Source of the DNA: Amphiscolops sp. MND2022
Lineage: Eukaryota
Direction of reading: 5' to 3'
Length of the DNA: 64,000 nucleotides
Assembly: GCA_964187785.1 (NCBI GenBank)
Contig: OZ076409.1
Span: forward strand, 1,116,001-1,180,000
Below are positions 11,801-26,800 of the stretch, in pieces; the first letter of the stretch is position 1; the number at the start of each line of letters is the position of its first letter. The position numbers were made by a program, and so were the translations under genes. The notes below the pieces were generated by a model. The model was not told the DNA's origin and ran no database searches. It worked only from the letters and a program-made list of their open reading frames with translations.

Positions 11801-14800
11801 AGGTAGCACCCACAGTCGGCTGCTGAGTCATCCCTGCTGCAGCCAGGTTCGTGGCAGCCCTGTCACCACATTCACCGGGTTGGGGGAATTGATAATTGAT
11901 AATAAGATCGTTATACAGACAACTGCAGTTAATACAGTCAACAGCAGTTCTTTAAACAGTAGCAGTAACTTGATGCTGTTTTTATTCTACTTCCTTTTTT
12001 GTATTTGTATGATTGCTCACTTTTTCAAACAGGGTTCGCATGTTTGAAACATGCCTTGTTTTAAACGCGTTTTAAACATGTTTTAAACAGTGTTTTAAAC
12101 ATAACGAAAACCTTCATTCTGCTCAATTGTTTTTCTTTTTTTTCAGATTGGACATGAGTACTCCAGTCACAACCACTGGTCGATCTGGTTTTGATCCCAA
12201 GTTCGGCAGACTTAGAACGCATATTCAGTAGCTTGGGGTTCGTCCACGATGAGACACGAAATCGACTATCCATTGAAAAAGCCAACAAACTTGCATTCTG
12301 TCTTCGATTGTTGCAGTTCATGTACTTATGTCGTTTAGTGTTAGAAGTATTTATGTGATTTATTTAGAGTTTTAAACATGTTTTAAACAAAAAAATTTTA
12401 TGTTTTAAACGTTTTAAACACACGATTTTTTCCAAATCTTGTTTTTTTTCCGAACCCTGTTTTCAAATTGATTCCTCTTGATTGAAAAGGAGTTATAGCT
12501 TATCTATCAACCACTGCAGAAGTATGTCTCACATAAACTAAATAGTAAATGGACGGAAATGAAAACTTACCACAGTCAACTCCGGATAATTCGCATCTTC
12601 GGTTAATTCGTCTGTATCTGAGACCCTTATCTCGCGACGACCAAAGTATTATCATCCACTTATTTCGTATTTCTCATTATTCGTACCATTTCATCCGGTC
12701 CCTAACCATACGAATTAGCCGGATACGAATTATCCTGATACCAATTAACCGGAGTTGACTGTAGTAAGTTTTAATTTCCATTCATTTACCATTTAGTTTA
12801 TGTGAGATATACTTCTGCAATGGGTGGTCGATACAAAACCCGTGACTCCTTTTCAATCAAGAGGAATCAATTTGCGAAAGTGAGCAATCATAGAAAAAAG
12901 GAAGTAGAATAAGAACAGCATCAAATTACTGCTACACTTACCGTTTCGAGAACTTTGTTACCTGAAGGTTTTGGGAAACGCAAAAACTTAAAAGGTCAAA
13001 AATTTCCCCATACATGTCATCAGTGCTGAAATTTTGACGAAAACTGCAAAAAAGCTTGAATTTCATATTTCAGCGAAATTGGCAAATTGAAATAGCGGTT
13101 TAGCGATTAGCCGGAAAAAATTAGCGATGTCAAAACCCTGTTTAAGTATATTTGGAATGAAGTCAGTGCAGTTTCACATGATTAATAGCCAACCCACCAA
13201 CCCGGTGTAGGCAGCGGCATACTGAGCGGGGTAAGAAGCGAAGGGCATGAGGGGTGATGCGGTCATGAACCCGAAGGCGGCTGCGGGGGGCATGGGCATG
13301 GCAAAGGCGGCTTGTGGGGTGCCAAGACCACCCACGGCTGCACTTTGGGCACCGGTCGCTGTCTGCTGTTGGGGCTGAAGCACCTGCTGCAGCGTCCACG
13401 TACAGTGCATTGACCTGACCTGACCTGACCTGACTTGACCTTCCATCCAATCAATCTACCCACCCTCTCAACTCAACCAGGTAGCGACAGTCCGAAAAGA
13501 AGAGAGTTTGGAATAACCAACAATCAGAATTCTCGAACTGAAGATATCCAAATAGAGACACTGACCGTGAATTTCATATCAAACACCTCAACCACGAAAG
13601 AGTACACGAAGGAGAAACACACGCAGAAACGAAACCGCAAGTGAGATGTAACGCAAAGTGTCCAAGGAACGTTTTGCCTTGGAGTTCTAATCCGGAAGGA
13701 ACAGAGCCTCTGACACCAAAGATTTGATATTTGAACGCGGCATAGTCACGCCAATCAAACCCAGTGGATGCAGCGGTTGCAAATTACCAGAGAGCTCGGG
13801 CTTGGAACAATATTTGAATTTATTTCGAAAAATTGTTAGGGTATAACAGAATTGCGAATTTTCAATGCATTTGTTTGGTAATATACTTTATTTCACAAAG
13901 CGATGTATTAAAAGGATTATTTAACTACGAAATAATACACCGTGGAATTTCTTAGACATAAATACTGCATCGAGAACTGATGCATCGACATCATGGAACG
14001 CCGTGAGAATCTTTTCTGTAGCGGGATCTTTTCTGTTAACCCACCCCCCCCCCCACAGTAAGCGCGGAAATTTTAATTCCCCACCACTATCAGCGATGAT
14101 TTTCAGTTGCAGTTAGAGTTATAAAATACTGCAATTTGATTAATTTGATTGGTTGTTACTATTAATTCAATGATGATTTCATTTGACCGCTTACCTGGGG
14201 GGAATTAAATTGGTAGGGGAAAATATCAACAGAAAATTAACAGGAAATATCCCTGTAGCGTCCACCTTCACGTAGGTCAAACAATCCATTGTCAATTGCA
14301 TCGATCGAGTGATGTTGTAACCGTCTATATATAAGACCAGTTGTCGAACAGATCAGTCGTAAGGTATTTGCTGACAATGGATCTCTAATAACTGTTATAT
14401 GGTGTAGAATGAGTTAGAAACCTAACAGTTTTCAGTTCTAATTTTTTTCAGTTCTTTCAGGTTTGAGATTGGCTAACTTAAATGTGGCAAACCATAGTTT
14501 AACTAGTTTGCTGTCACAACATACAGTAACTTGAGCTGTGTATTTTATATATATCGTATTCGTGGTATTACGAACAAGGTATTGAACTTCAACTAGAAGT
14601 CATCAACGTAATGTCTTTCAGAAGGTTTTTTGGAAACAAATAGTCACAGAAATGGTCTAGAGCAACTCAACTGAAACATCGTCAAAAACAATGTCAATTT
14701 TTGTGCCGAATAATTTGTGTAATTATACACAAGTCTTCAGTGATGGATTCTATTTTTAGAGAGGAAACAAGCTTTTCTGGCACAAGAGCTAATAATCCGA

Positions 14801-17800
14801 ATCTACAATTACATCGATAACATGAAAGCTCATTACAGTAAACCCTCAATTATCCGCCACCATCGGTCCAGCACGAATTATGGCGGATAAGTGAGAGTGG
14901 CGGTTAATCAAGGGAGCTTAGACACGAGGGTTTTAGCGAAATGTCCCCGTAGATTTATGGCGGTTGACCAAAGGTGGCGGATAATCGAGTGGCGGATAAT
15001 CGAGGGTTTACTGTATTACCAAACTGTCGTATTGAGTATTGGAGGAAATGGTCTTGACGAGTGGAAGGGAATACGAACTTTAGCTGCAGACGAGGTTACT
15101 TTTTTGTAACTTACACATGCAACATTTTGTTACATGCAATCATTAAAACAGTCAACCAAAAGCTTTTTACATTCCTAGATCTTAAGGTCGGAATACTGTT
15201 GGGAACGTATTTCATCGCATAACGTGAGCAATTTTTCAAAGGATAAGATTGTTTCTAACAGTCAACATTTCTTCACGTAAAAGATGCAATGCCGAGGCAA
15301 CTATAAATCGTCAAAATGCAAAATGTTTTGTAACAAAGTGACTTGACCGTTTCAAGTAGACGATGTATATCAGTGTCATTTATTGACATCCTTTTTTGTT
15401 ATAGGTCGCTAATCACATTTTTAATTCAATAGCTATGTTCACTGATAAAACAAGCCATGTTCATGCAAAATGGGGTAATTATGCGTTGAAACAGTTCGTT
15501 CGACAGCATCAAGGCACTGAACAACATTTTGTCAGTCAATGCTACTAGTGCGAAAATGCCATTTGACTTTAATGTACTCGGAGTTACGAAAAGCTCCGAC
15601 AGAAATGTTAGTGATGATCAAGTGCACCTAACTAACAACGGAGTAACAAATTTCACATCTGTTCCACTCAGACATTATCGAAGTGTTTGTTTAAAAAAGA
15701 ATATGGAAATATTCATACATTATTTTCAATAAATTCGAAAGTCACCTTAATTTTGGTAAAAAGTGATTGTTTAGCTAGTACTGATCGAATGTAGAAAACC
15801 ATTTTTACTGGTTTTCATTCTTCCTGTTGTGACTAGCTTTGTCTTAAGGGAGAGCAACTTGTTTTCGTGAAATGAAACTAGTATTTTTGTAGATTTAGAG
15901 CAACTGGCTTGCGAACGCTTGTCCCTGACTACATCACTGTGACTTCCAAGGACCTTTTGGCAGTGAAGGGACCTTGGTTTACTGCTGTGCATAATGAGTC
16001 TACTGGAGGCAAGTATTGCAAGACTAGCATCCGGGCGCAAGCTTTGGATCATTTCCACTAATCTTCGCAATTCGTGTTGAATATTACAGACCTCAACAGC
16101 GTGTATTGTTTTTTAATGTTCCCTGAGAGCATGAATCGGAACGAATGGAAATTGTGTAGAGAGCTGCGTTATCATTTGGCCGAACCTGGTGATGTGCTAA
16201 TTTAGCCTCCTTTCCGATGGAATGTCAAGGTGGTCCCTTGTGCATGGATGGGAAGGCGTTGACATCAGCCAGCGATTTGAAAAGGGGGAGTGGAGTTTTT
16301 GGAAGATTTAGCTTGAGCTCAGGTCAGGAATATGTAGAGGAGTCGATACAAAGGTATGGATTGGACAAATTGATTGATCGCATCCGGCAGAGATTGGAAA
16401 CGAGCCTTGAAAAAATACAGAAGTCTCGCGTCAAGCTCCGCGTCTGGTGTCCAATCAGTTGATTCGCCAAACAATGCTGTGTCATCTACTCTGAAGTGGT
16501 TCTCTGAGAGTGTTGTATTAGATCATCTTGAAACATTCAAATTATTGGATATGACTTGTCAAGCAGCTTTGAAAATCGTAATAAACGTAACGAAAACCAT
16601 GTCGAAGAAAGAAGTCGCGGCTCTCTAACATTAAACGAGCAACGACTTCTTCAATCGTAGTTGCTCCTGAACTACCTTATCCCGACTCGGAAGACGAAGA
16701 TGTTTACTCTTCTCCTTTCCGGTAGTAAGAGCACTTCGATAAAGTATCCTAAATCAATAAAATTATTGATCGTTGAATAGCGGAAGATTCCCTTGTGTTA
16801 TTCGATGAGTGTCATTCAGCAGTGATATAATGAGGATAAGCGTCATTTATTGAATGATACCCAGCCTTCTGCTCAAGATTGTAAAATGATGAAATCCGGA
16901 GATGATAGTAACGGTGAATGAGTAACAAAAGCTGGTAAGTTGCATTTCAGAAATTGAAGAAGGATCAGATAGGGATTGCCTGCTCGTTCTGATCGAACCA
17001 AAGCATCAGAATTTCGAAATAACAAATAAAATAAACGCAAAAGCTGATAAATCTACTTCTGTTTCTCGTTTCTGTTCTATTAGTCTGTTTTTCTCTCAGA
17101 ATTGATTATAATTTTTTTATTGTCACTTTCGCTGTTCTGGTGGGCTTCAATTTCTACATCGGTAATCATGTGGGACAGGTAAGTGATTGCTTGAATGCAA
17201 TGACAGAGGAATCCAGGTAAGAAAATACACAATTGAAGAATTGAAGGAAAAAAAAAAGATTTCGGAGTCAAAAGGGGGTAAGTCCTTGAAATGTCGAAAT
17301 TTCGATAAATCCAAAAATTCGTTCAAACATTTTGTAGTCAAGCTTCTTTGGGTGTCGACAGAGACCATGCTAAAACTGTATTGAAACACAACGTAAATCG
17401 AGAAGTATTTTGTCGCCTACTGAGGAATTGTGCTACTTATGACACATGTGAACAACAAAAAACTAAAAAATCTCGAAAAAACTGTAGAAATCAAAAAATC
17501 CCGCTCAACCATTTTGTGTGTAAATCGATGAGTTTTGTTTCGTCAATTCTTGCTTTCCCGATAGGCTCAAGAAATTGTGAAATTTTATTTTTCTCGAATA
17601 ACGTTAGAAATTCAGAAATTGGCTTCAACCAATTGATGTAGGATCATAACAGGTATATGCACGCGCAATTTCATTGCTTTGGAGTAACTAGCGTGAAATC
17701 GAGAAAAAATCGACTTCCTGGAGATATCGGGCTTGGAAATTTATGATGAATTGGAAATTGCTGCTGGTTCAATTGGTTATTTGGCCATTGAATCGACTGC

Positions 17801-20800
17801 GATGCACCCACAGGAAGCTTTCTGAGCTTTACTATGGGACGTATGATATGACCAGATGCTGTTCCGAGTTTCGCAACTTTATTTTTATCGTCGTTTCCAG
17901 AGTACAACTGCTCGATTCTCGCCAATTTCCATCGCAAAGGGGGCATGTTGTCCTCTGCTGACAAAACCAGGTGGCCAGCTGGAAACTAGGACCCGATTGA
18001 AGCCATCAATTGCGTATTTGTAGGGTCACTATGTAATCACGATACCATGCCTTCCAAAAGTGACCTCCTCGATGCTTTAAGTAGTTTGAATCTTTGTCCG
18101 ATATCAAGTTTATCATCAGATTGACGAGCGTGCAGAGTTGCACAGAAGAAAATGAGCTAGAGTATTCGGCTAAAGGTCATTCGGTTCGCTGGACATGCTG
18201 ACAGTGGTCGAGAATTCAGAATTCCTTCTATTTGAATTACTCGTGTGTTGAGCTCTTCGAAAGTTTCTGCGCAAATGACGCTTCATGCGCTCCACTGCCG
18301 CTTCTCATAATCTTCCAAAATGCGGTGTCCTTCGAGGAATCATTTTTCATTCGATCATTTCTTGGGATATGTAACTTCCGATTGAATTCTGTTCTTTTCC
18401 AAAACCATGTCGAAGAAAGAAGTCGCGGCTAACATTAAACGAGCAACGACTTCTTCAATCGTAGTTGCTCCTGAACTACCTTATCCCGACTCGGAAGACG
18501 AAGATGTTTACTCTTCTCCTTTCCGGTAGTAAGAGCACTTCGATAAAGTATCCTAAATCAATAAAATTATTGATCGTTGAATAGCGGAAGATTCCCTTGT
18601 GTTATTCGATGAGTGTCATTCAGCAGTGATATAATGAGGATAAGCGTCATTTATTGAATGATACCCAGCCTTCTGCTCAAGATTGTAAAATGATGAAATC
18701 CGGAGATGATAGTAACGGTGAATGAGTAACAAAAGCTGGTAAGTTGCATTTCAGAAATTGAAGAAGGATCAGATAGGGATTGCCTGCTCGTTCTGATCGA
18801 ACCAAAGCATCAGAATTTCGAAATAACAAATAAAATAAACGCAAAAGCTGATAAATCTACTTCTGTTTCTCGTTTCTGTTCTATTAGTCTGTTTTTCTCT
18901 CAGAATTGATTATAATTTTTTTATTGTCACTTTCGCTGTTCTGGTGGGCTTCAATTTCTACATCGGTAATCATGTGGGACAGGTAAGTGATTGCTTGAAT
19001 GCAATGACAGAGGAATCCAGGTAAGAAAATACACAATTGAAGAATTGAAGGAAAAAAAAGATTTCGGAGTCAAAAGGGGGTAAGTCCTTGAAATGTCGAA
19101 ATTTCGATAAATCCAAAAATTCGTTCAAACATTTTGTAGTCAAGCTTCTTTGGGTGTCGACAGAGACCATGCTAAAACTGTATTGAAACACAACGTAAAT
19201 CGAGAAGTATTTTGTCGCCTACTGAGGAATTGTGCTACTTATGACACATGTGAACAACAAAAAACTAAAAATCTCGAAAAAACTGTAGAAATCAAAAAAT
19301 CCCGCTCAACCATTTTGTGTGTAAATCGATGATTTTTGTTTCGTCAATTCTTGCTTTCCCGATAGGCTCAAGAAATTGTGAAATTTTATTTTTCTCGAAT
19401 AACGTTAGAAATTCAGAAATTGGCTTCAACCAATTGATGTAGGATCATAACAGGTATATGCACGCGCAATTTCATTGCTTTGGAGTAACTAGCGTGAAAT
19501 CGAGAAAAAATCGACTTCCTGGAGATATCGGGCTTGGAAATTTATGATGAATTGGAAATTGCTGCTGGTTCAATTGGTTATTTGGCCATTGAATCGGCTG
19601 CGATGCACCCACAGGAAGCTTTCTGAGCTTTACTATGGGACGTATGATATGACCAGATGCTGTTCCGAGTTTCGCAACTTTATTTTTATCGTCGTTTCCA
19701 GAGTACAACTGCTCGATTCTCGCCAATTTCCATCGCAAAGGGGGCATGTTGTCCTCTGCTGACAAAACCAGGTGGCCAGCTGGAAACTAGGACCCGATTG
19801 AAGCCATCAATTGCGTATTTTAGGGTCACTATGTAATCACGATACCATGCCTTCGAAAAGTGACCTCTTCGATGCTTTAAGTAGTTTGAATCTTTGTCCG
19901 ATATCAAGTTTATCATCAGATTGACGAGCGTGCAGAGTTGCACAGAAGAAAATGAGCTAGAGTATTCGGCTAAAGGTCATTCGGTTCGCTGGACATGCTG
20001 ACAGTGGTCGAGAATTCAGAATTCCTTCTATTTGAATTACTCGTGTGTTGAGCTCTTCGAAAGTTTCTGCGCAAATGACGCTTCATGCGCTCCACTGCCG
20101 CTTCTCATAATCTTCCAAAATGCGGTGTCCTTCGAGGAATCATTTTTCATTCGATCATTTCTTGGGATATGTAACTTCCGATTGAATTCTGTTCTTTTCC
20201 AAAACCATGTCGAAGAAAGAAGTCGCGGCTAACATTAAACGAGCAACGACTTCTTCAATCGTAGTTGCTCCTGAACTACCTTATCCCGACTCGGAAGACG
20301 AAGATGTTTACTCTTCTCCTTTCCGGTAGTAAGAGCACTTCGATAAAGTATCCTAAATCAATAAAATTATTGATCGTTGAATAGCGGAAGATTCCCTTGT
20401 GTTATTCGATGAGTGTCATTCAGCAGTGATATAATGAGGATAAGCGTCATTTATTGAATGATACCCAGCCTTCTGCTCAAGATTGTAAAATGATGAAATC
20501 CGGAGATGATAGTAACGGTGAATGAGTAACAAAAGCTGGTAAGTTGCATTTCAGAAATTGAAGAAGGATCAGATAGGGATTGCCTGCTCGTTCTGATCGA
20601 ACCAAAGCATCAGAATTTCGAAATAACAAATAAAATAAACGCAAAAGCTGATAAATCTACTTCTGTTTCTCGTTTCTGTTCTATTAGTCTGTTTTTCTCT
20701 CAGAATTGATTATAATTTTTTTATTGTCACTTTCGCTGTTCTGGTGGGCTTCAATTTCTACATCGGTAATCATGTGGGACAGGTAAGTGATTGCTTGAAT

Positions 20801-23800
20801 GCAATGACAGAGGAATCCAGGTAAGAAAATACACAATTGAAGAATTGAAGGAAAAAAAAGATTTCGGAGTCAAAAGGGGGTAAGTCCTTGAAATGTCGAA
20901 ATTTCGATAAATCCAAAAATTCGTTCAAACATTTTGTAGTCAAGCTTCTTTGGGTGTCGACAGAGACCATGCTAAAACTGTATTGAAACACAACGTAAAT
21001 CGAGAAGTATTTTGTCGCCTACTGAGGAATTGTGCTACTTATGACACATGTGAACAACAAAAAACTAAAAATCTCGAAAAAACTGTAGAAATCAAAAAAT
21101 CCCGCTCAACCATTTTGTGTGTAAATCGATGATTTTTGTTTCGTCAATTCTTGCTTTCCCGATAGGCTCAAGAAATTGTGAAATTTTATTTTTCTCGAAT
21201 AACGTTAGAAATTCAGAAATTGGCTTCAACCAATTGATGTAGGATCATAACAGGTATATGCACGCGCAATTTCATTGCTTTGGAGTAACTAGCGTGAAAT
21301 CGAGAAAAAATCGACTTCCTGGAGATATCGGGCTTGGAAATTTATGATGAATTGGAAATTGCTGCTGGTTCAATTGGTTATTTGGCCATTGAATCGGCTG
21401 CGATGCACCCACAGGAAGCTTTCTGAGCTTTACTATGGGACGTATGATATGACCAGATGCTGTTCCGAGTTTCGCAACTTTATTTTTATCGTCGTTTCCA
21501 GAGTACAACTGCTCGATTCTCGCCAATTTCCATCGCAAAGGGGGCATGTTGTCCTCTGCTGACAAAACCAGGTGGCCAGCTGGAAACTAGGACCCGATTG
21601 AAGCCATCAATTGCGTATTTGTAGGGTCACTATGTAATCACGATACCATGCCTTCCAAAAGTGACCTCTTCGATGCTTTAAGTAGTTTGAATCTTTGTCC
21701 GATATCAAGTTTATCATCAGATTGACGAGCGTGCAGAGTTGCACAGAAGAAAATGGGCTAGAGTATTCGGCTAAAGGTCATTCGGTTCGCTGGACATGCT
21801 GACAGTGGTCGAGAATTCAGAATTCCTTCTATTTGAATTACTAGTGTGTTGAGCTCTTCGAAAGTTTCTGCGCAAATGACGCTTCATGCGCTCCACTGCC
21901 GCTTCTCAGAATCTTCCAAAATGCGGTGTCCTTCGAGGAATCATTTTTCATTCGATCATTTCTTGGGATATGTAACTTCCGATTGAATTCTGTTCGTTTC
22001 CAAGGCGAGAAGCTCTTTCACATTGATGTCATTGCTAGCTCCAATTAATTTTTTTTCGTTGTTGCTGATTATTTTTCTAGGTACACCGCGTCTGGAGATG
22101 AATCGTTTGATGACAGAAACGCATGATTCCTCCGTTAGATCTGTTACCGTTTCAAAGTGAAGAGCTTTATTCACAAATCAAACGAAAATGGCTATGTACG
22201 TTTTAACTCCAGGTTTAGTCAAATTGGTCCTGCCAAATCCAAGGCACATGTCTCGAAAGGGTTTGCAGGCGTTGTCCGTTCAGCTGGTAAATCAGCCATT
22301 ATTGATATGGTATTTTATTCTCGAAACGATTACATTTGATGCAGTGTTTGATCATCTTTTTCACAAAAACTTTGGCATTTGGAGTTCACAGTCAGCGTAG
22401 CTTTATGAAAGTGATGAAGTATGAGAACTGCCAGTAACGAAACTTGACTGACAAGCAATTGAAACTTTTGCAATTCTCTTAATTGTCCCCGAGATAATCG
22501 TCCACCCAGTCGACTGGTCTCGCTCTCGTCACCGAAGAATGGAGTCACGTTGAGAAATTTGTTCTGTTTTGACAGTTCTTTGGCCGATTTCAAGTTTTGA
22601 TATTCAACTGCATAGTATTCAAGTTGGTGTTCCTGAATTGTTTTCCGAGATGATCTAGCTCGAACTGTCGTCTGGATTCTGAATGCAACTTCTTGGTCAA
22701 AACATGAACCCAAACAAAGTCAGTTGAAGATATGTCTACCTCCAGAGCTTGAATTGCCATCGAATTCGCTTCGAAAGCGACAATGAGTTTCCGCAATTCT
22801 GACGCTGATTCACCTTGGAGTGGTTTCAAACTGAAAATCGCTGACAAATGAGTATTGACGATGAGTCTTTGGTTGTCATATTGAGCGATCAAAATCTTCA
22901 AGGCTATTTTGCAGTTTGTGTTTGACAAAGGTAAATACGAAATGAGTTGTGAAGCATCGTCCACAAGAGAGAACTTGAGATACTTGAATTTTTCTATATT
23001 CGGTAGTGTTGTGGAACCATTCACAGATGTCGTGAATTGTTCAAAAAATAGCGTCCAATTCTGATACTCTCCATCAAAACTTGCCAGATTGAATTTTGCA
23101 ATCTTGAGGTTACTTGAAGAATTGCTTACCATTGTAGAAGTAACATTTTCAAGACAGGGACCACAATTGTTGAATTGTTCCAAAAACTTGACTTTTCTAA
23201 AGCTCAAGTGATATTTTACAATTCGCAGTGATGAGCTCTTCTTGTACCTCTTCGTGTGTAATAGGGGTTTCCTCCAGAATTGCTGCATTCAGAAGTTTAG
23301 CGTCGCTTAGTTTTTTCTCAAACAAGTTTGACTTCCAAATCGGCTATTTCATGGTCTGACACTTTCTTGGTTGTTCATGATTGGTTGTATTATGGTTAAC
23401 ATCTTAGTTATTAATCCTGTGATTGCAGAACGAGATCGCCGCTTGAGTTGTGAAGTGTTTTTCCATCGTACATTTCCAAGACATTTCTGATTGTTCCCGG
23501 ATCGCTATGCACCAATATAAGTTGACTAGCTTTGTCTTAAGTGAGAGCAAATTGTTTTTGTGAAATGAAACGTATTATTTTTGTACATTCACAACAACTG
23601 ACTTGCGAAGAAAGAAGAGTGAAAATAAATACGTGAACAAGGTTATAATGTCAATGAATAGCACGTGTCTTTAACTAGTGCGATATAAAACTCAATGGAA
23701 AGAATATTACAAAGTTTGAATTCACAAGTGTTTTTGTATGCAATGCATCAACACTACCTCATTTATCCAGAAATGGGAGATGTTGCAAGCGTATTGGAGA

Positions 23801-26800
23801 GTTTATGCTAAAGATTGTTGTTAGTTCATGTTCACATTTTTTGCAGATTGTAACAGATGTCCAATGCTAACAGAAGGAACAAGAACTTCAAGAGAGTGAG
23901 ATGAGCAAAAACTCTTGCAATTGGTTTTGTTTTCCTCCAAATATTATTTATTTCGTTGAATTGTTCAACTACAATTTGGGTAACATCCTAATTACAATGT
24001 TGGGTACAAGATACAATTCTAAAATTTCACAGTTGCAATACAACACAACTTGCTCGTTTTGAAATTTTAATCTTGGAAGTAACAATACTAATCAAAGTCG
24101 TTCAACATTTCAAGCATATTCTAATAGTTGTGACAGTCGGTTTAAATCATGATGTAGGTCATGTGATCAAATCGATAGTCTCATGTTAAACGAACTAAAC
24201 AATTTCAATCAACCAAAAGTCACCTGCTCTAGCTCATTACAACGATGGAATTTTTGATAAGACACGATAAAATCGTGAATAACAGGTAACTTTCTCTTTT
24301 AGTTTCAGAAAAAAACTGCGCGAAATTTGGTCAAGCTCGGGTTTTGAAGACAATTTATCTAGTTTCAATCTTTTTTCAATGATTCAAGATCCCAAAAATC
24401 ACTGCCCAATTATTCCCCGCAATTCAATTATTCAGTCTTTGGATCGGATTGCGACCCAATTATTCTAAAACATCATCAATAATAAAGATTAGATTGAACT
24501 GCTGAATTTCTTATGAATAAAATTGAATGCATATGTAATGATGCAAAATTTTATAAGGTGGTAGTCTTAAAAATCTTTGAAAATGACCCAAGAACAATGG
24601 GTGATGGAAACGATAGCGAGACCACCCAAGCAGAGGATGTTACAGGTGTTACAAAACGAAGTGATTGTGTCTATATGCCATTTAAATACCATATACGGCT
24701 GTATCAAAGGTCTCGACAATAAAATAATATCTCAAAGAGGCCCTCGACAACCCTTTTATTGCCTTGACCTTTATTTCACTGTCGTGTAACTAATACAAAT
24801 AGTACATCATTGCAATTCAGATTGTTTAGCCACTGTGTGATGTCTTGCGTATTGATTTCAATCATTGAAACCACTGTCTTTATCATTTCTTGTTATTGTT
24901 AATGAAATTACATGATTGAACACTGTGAACATTGAATATCCATCGTGATTGGATTGCGTACTTTAAAAGAAACATGGAATTAAAAACAAACTTGAGATGG
25001 GGGGTTTCACATTCTTAAAGAGTCAACCAACCTTGAATGAGTGTCAACCAAAGTTTGATTAACTTTTTTTTCAATATTGGAAATAATCTAATTTTCAGCA
25101 ATTGAACGCCGAAATGTAGAGAAACCACAATGGCTCGTGTATCTGTTTTTTAAAAAAAATTTTGTCGTCCATGGCATGATAATTGGTGTTATTCACGAAA
25201 AATTACAATTGAGAAATGCGAATTTGATGTGTGAGACACCACCGCTAATACCCTTTATTCACAAAATCCACATACAGAACAGATTCTTTAGAAATAGCGG
25301 AAACCGTCCACGTGTAGGTTGATTTCAGACGGCATAGCGACAACTCATATCACGCGACAACTCGTATCAATTTGAAAAAGCGACAACTCATATCAAGCGA
25401 CATCTCATAACAGGCGACAACTCGTATCAATTTGAAAAAGCGACAACTCATATCAAGCGACATCTCATAACAGGCGACAACTCGTATCAATTTGAAAAAG
25501 CGACAACTCATATCAAGCGACATCTCATATCAGGCGACAACTCGTATCAATTTGAAAAAGCGACAACTCATACCAATTAGGAAAAAGCGACAACTCATAT
25601 CAGGTTTGCCAATAGATTACAATACTTGTATTTCAAGAAAAATTTAATAAATGCAATTAAAAATTCTAGTTTATTTATAATTATTTCGCCATTCAGGCAC
25701 TCTACCCACCACAACTATTTTCTCCAAAACCATTTGAACGAAGGTGTGATGAGGAAATGATTATCCATGACACTGATATTTACGATGAAAGCTTGTTACT
25801 ATTTCTAATAATTGCTTGTCAATTATGTAATTTTCTCTAATTATCTAATTAATAAAGATTTAAATTTTCTGATGAGTTTGATTGATATTGGTTATCGCTT
25901 GATATGAGTTGTCGCTTTTTCAAATTGATATGAGTTGTCGCCCGATATGAGATGTCGCTTGATATGAGTTGTCGCCGTACGATTTCAGACTATTGCGAAC
26001 TTAACGGATTACTTCACACAATTTGGAAAGTGTTCACCTAGATGCGGATCATGTGGATATAACGAAGAGACAGCGCAGCACCTTTAATACATGTCTGCAT
26101 ATAATATCTGCATTCTTTGCAAAGAATTGAGAGAAAATAGGAACGATGGAAGATCCCACTTGGAAGCGCATCAAAACAACAACATTGCCGAATATTATTT
26201 TCCGCCCCCACAAATTTTTCATAATCTTATCGCAATTATCATATTCTGTGTTGCGTTTTCTCCAAGTTTTGCAAATCTCCACTTTTTACTGCACTCATTT
26301 AATATCCTGGTGCTTAGAAAAAGAGCTGCCATTTGTACCAGCACGCTATATCCGAACTTTCAAGGTTGTATACGAAGTAATTGTGTTTTACTGAGGAGGA
26401 AGCGTAGGTTCGAAAATATTGCGCTATACAGTGATGACCAGTTTAATTCTTTTAACGGATAAAATAACGGATTTTGGTTTTTCAGAAATTTAACGGATCT
26501 GTTGAGCTGATCTACATGTCCAGAAAAAATTTTACCTGGTATAATAAATTGGTAAGATGACAACAAAAATAACAGGAACAATATTTATCAAAATCAAACA
26601 AGAATTAATTAAAAGAAAGTTATTCCGCCTAATTCCATTGTAAACTTTGTCGCAAATATTGCATTTATAATTGTCCGTAAATTGTAAATAAGTGAATTTC
26701 TTCTCAATGAGTTCTCGCTCAACTGTTTGTAAACGAGGCATCTTTAAAGATGCTGTTTTTGATTTAATCTAGGCCTGAATAGGCAGTAAGTAAATATATA

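Noticed and set aside
13163..13450. Alternative ZFR exon 2 frame using TCAG/GTC acceptors (VNALYVDAAAG...)
   Set aside because: The Q/A/P/Y-rich frame fits the ZFR-like N-terminus and keeps phase with exons 3-6; needs cDNA to exclude fully.
25337..25600. Regularly spaced GCGACAACTC repeats resembling a CRISPR array
   Set aside because: The spacers are repeated rather than unique, the array is mirrored at 25895-25976 and flanked by a TSD, and the context is eukaryotic with no cas genes.
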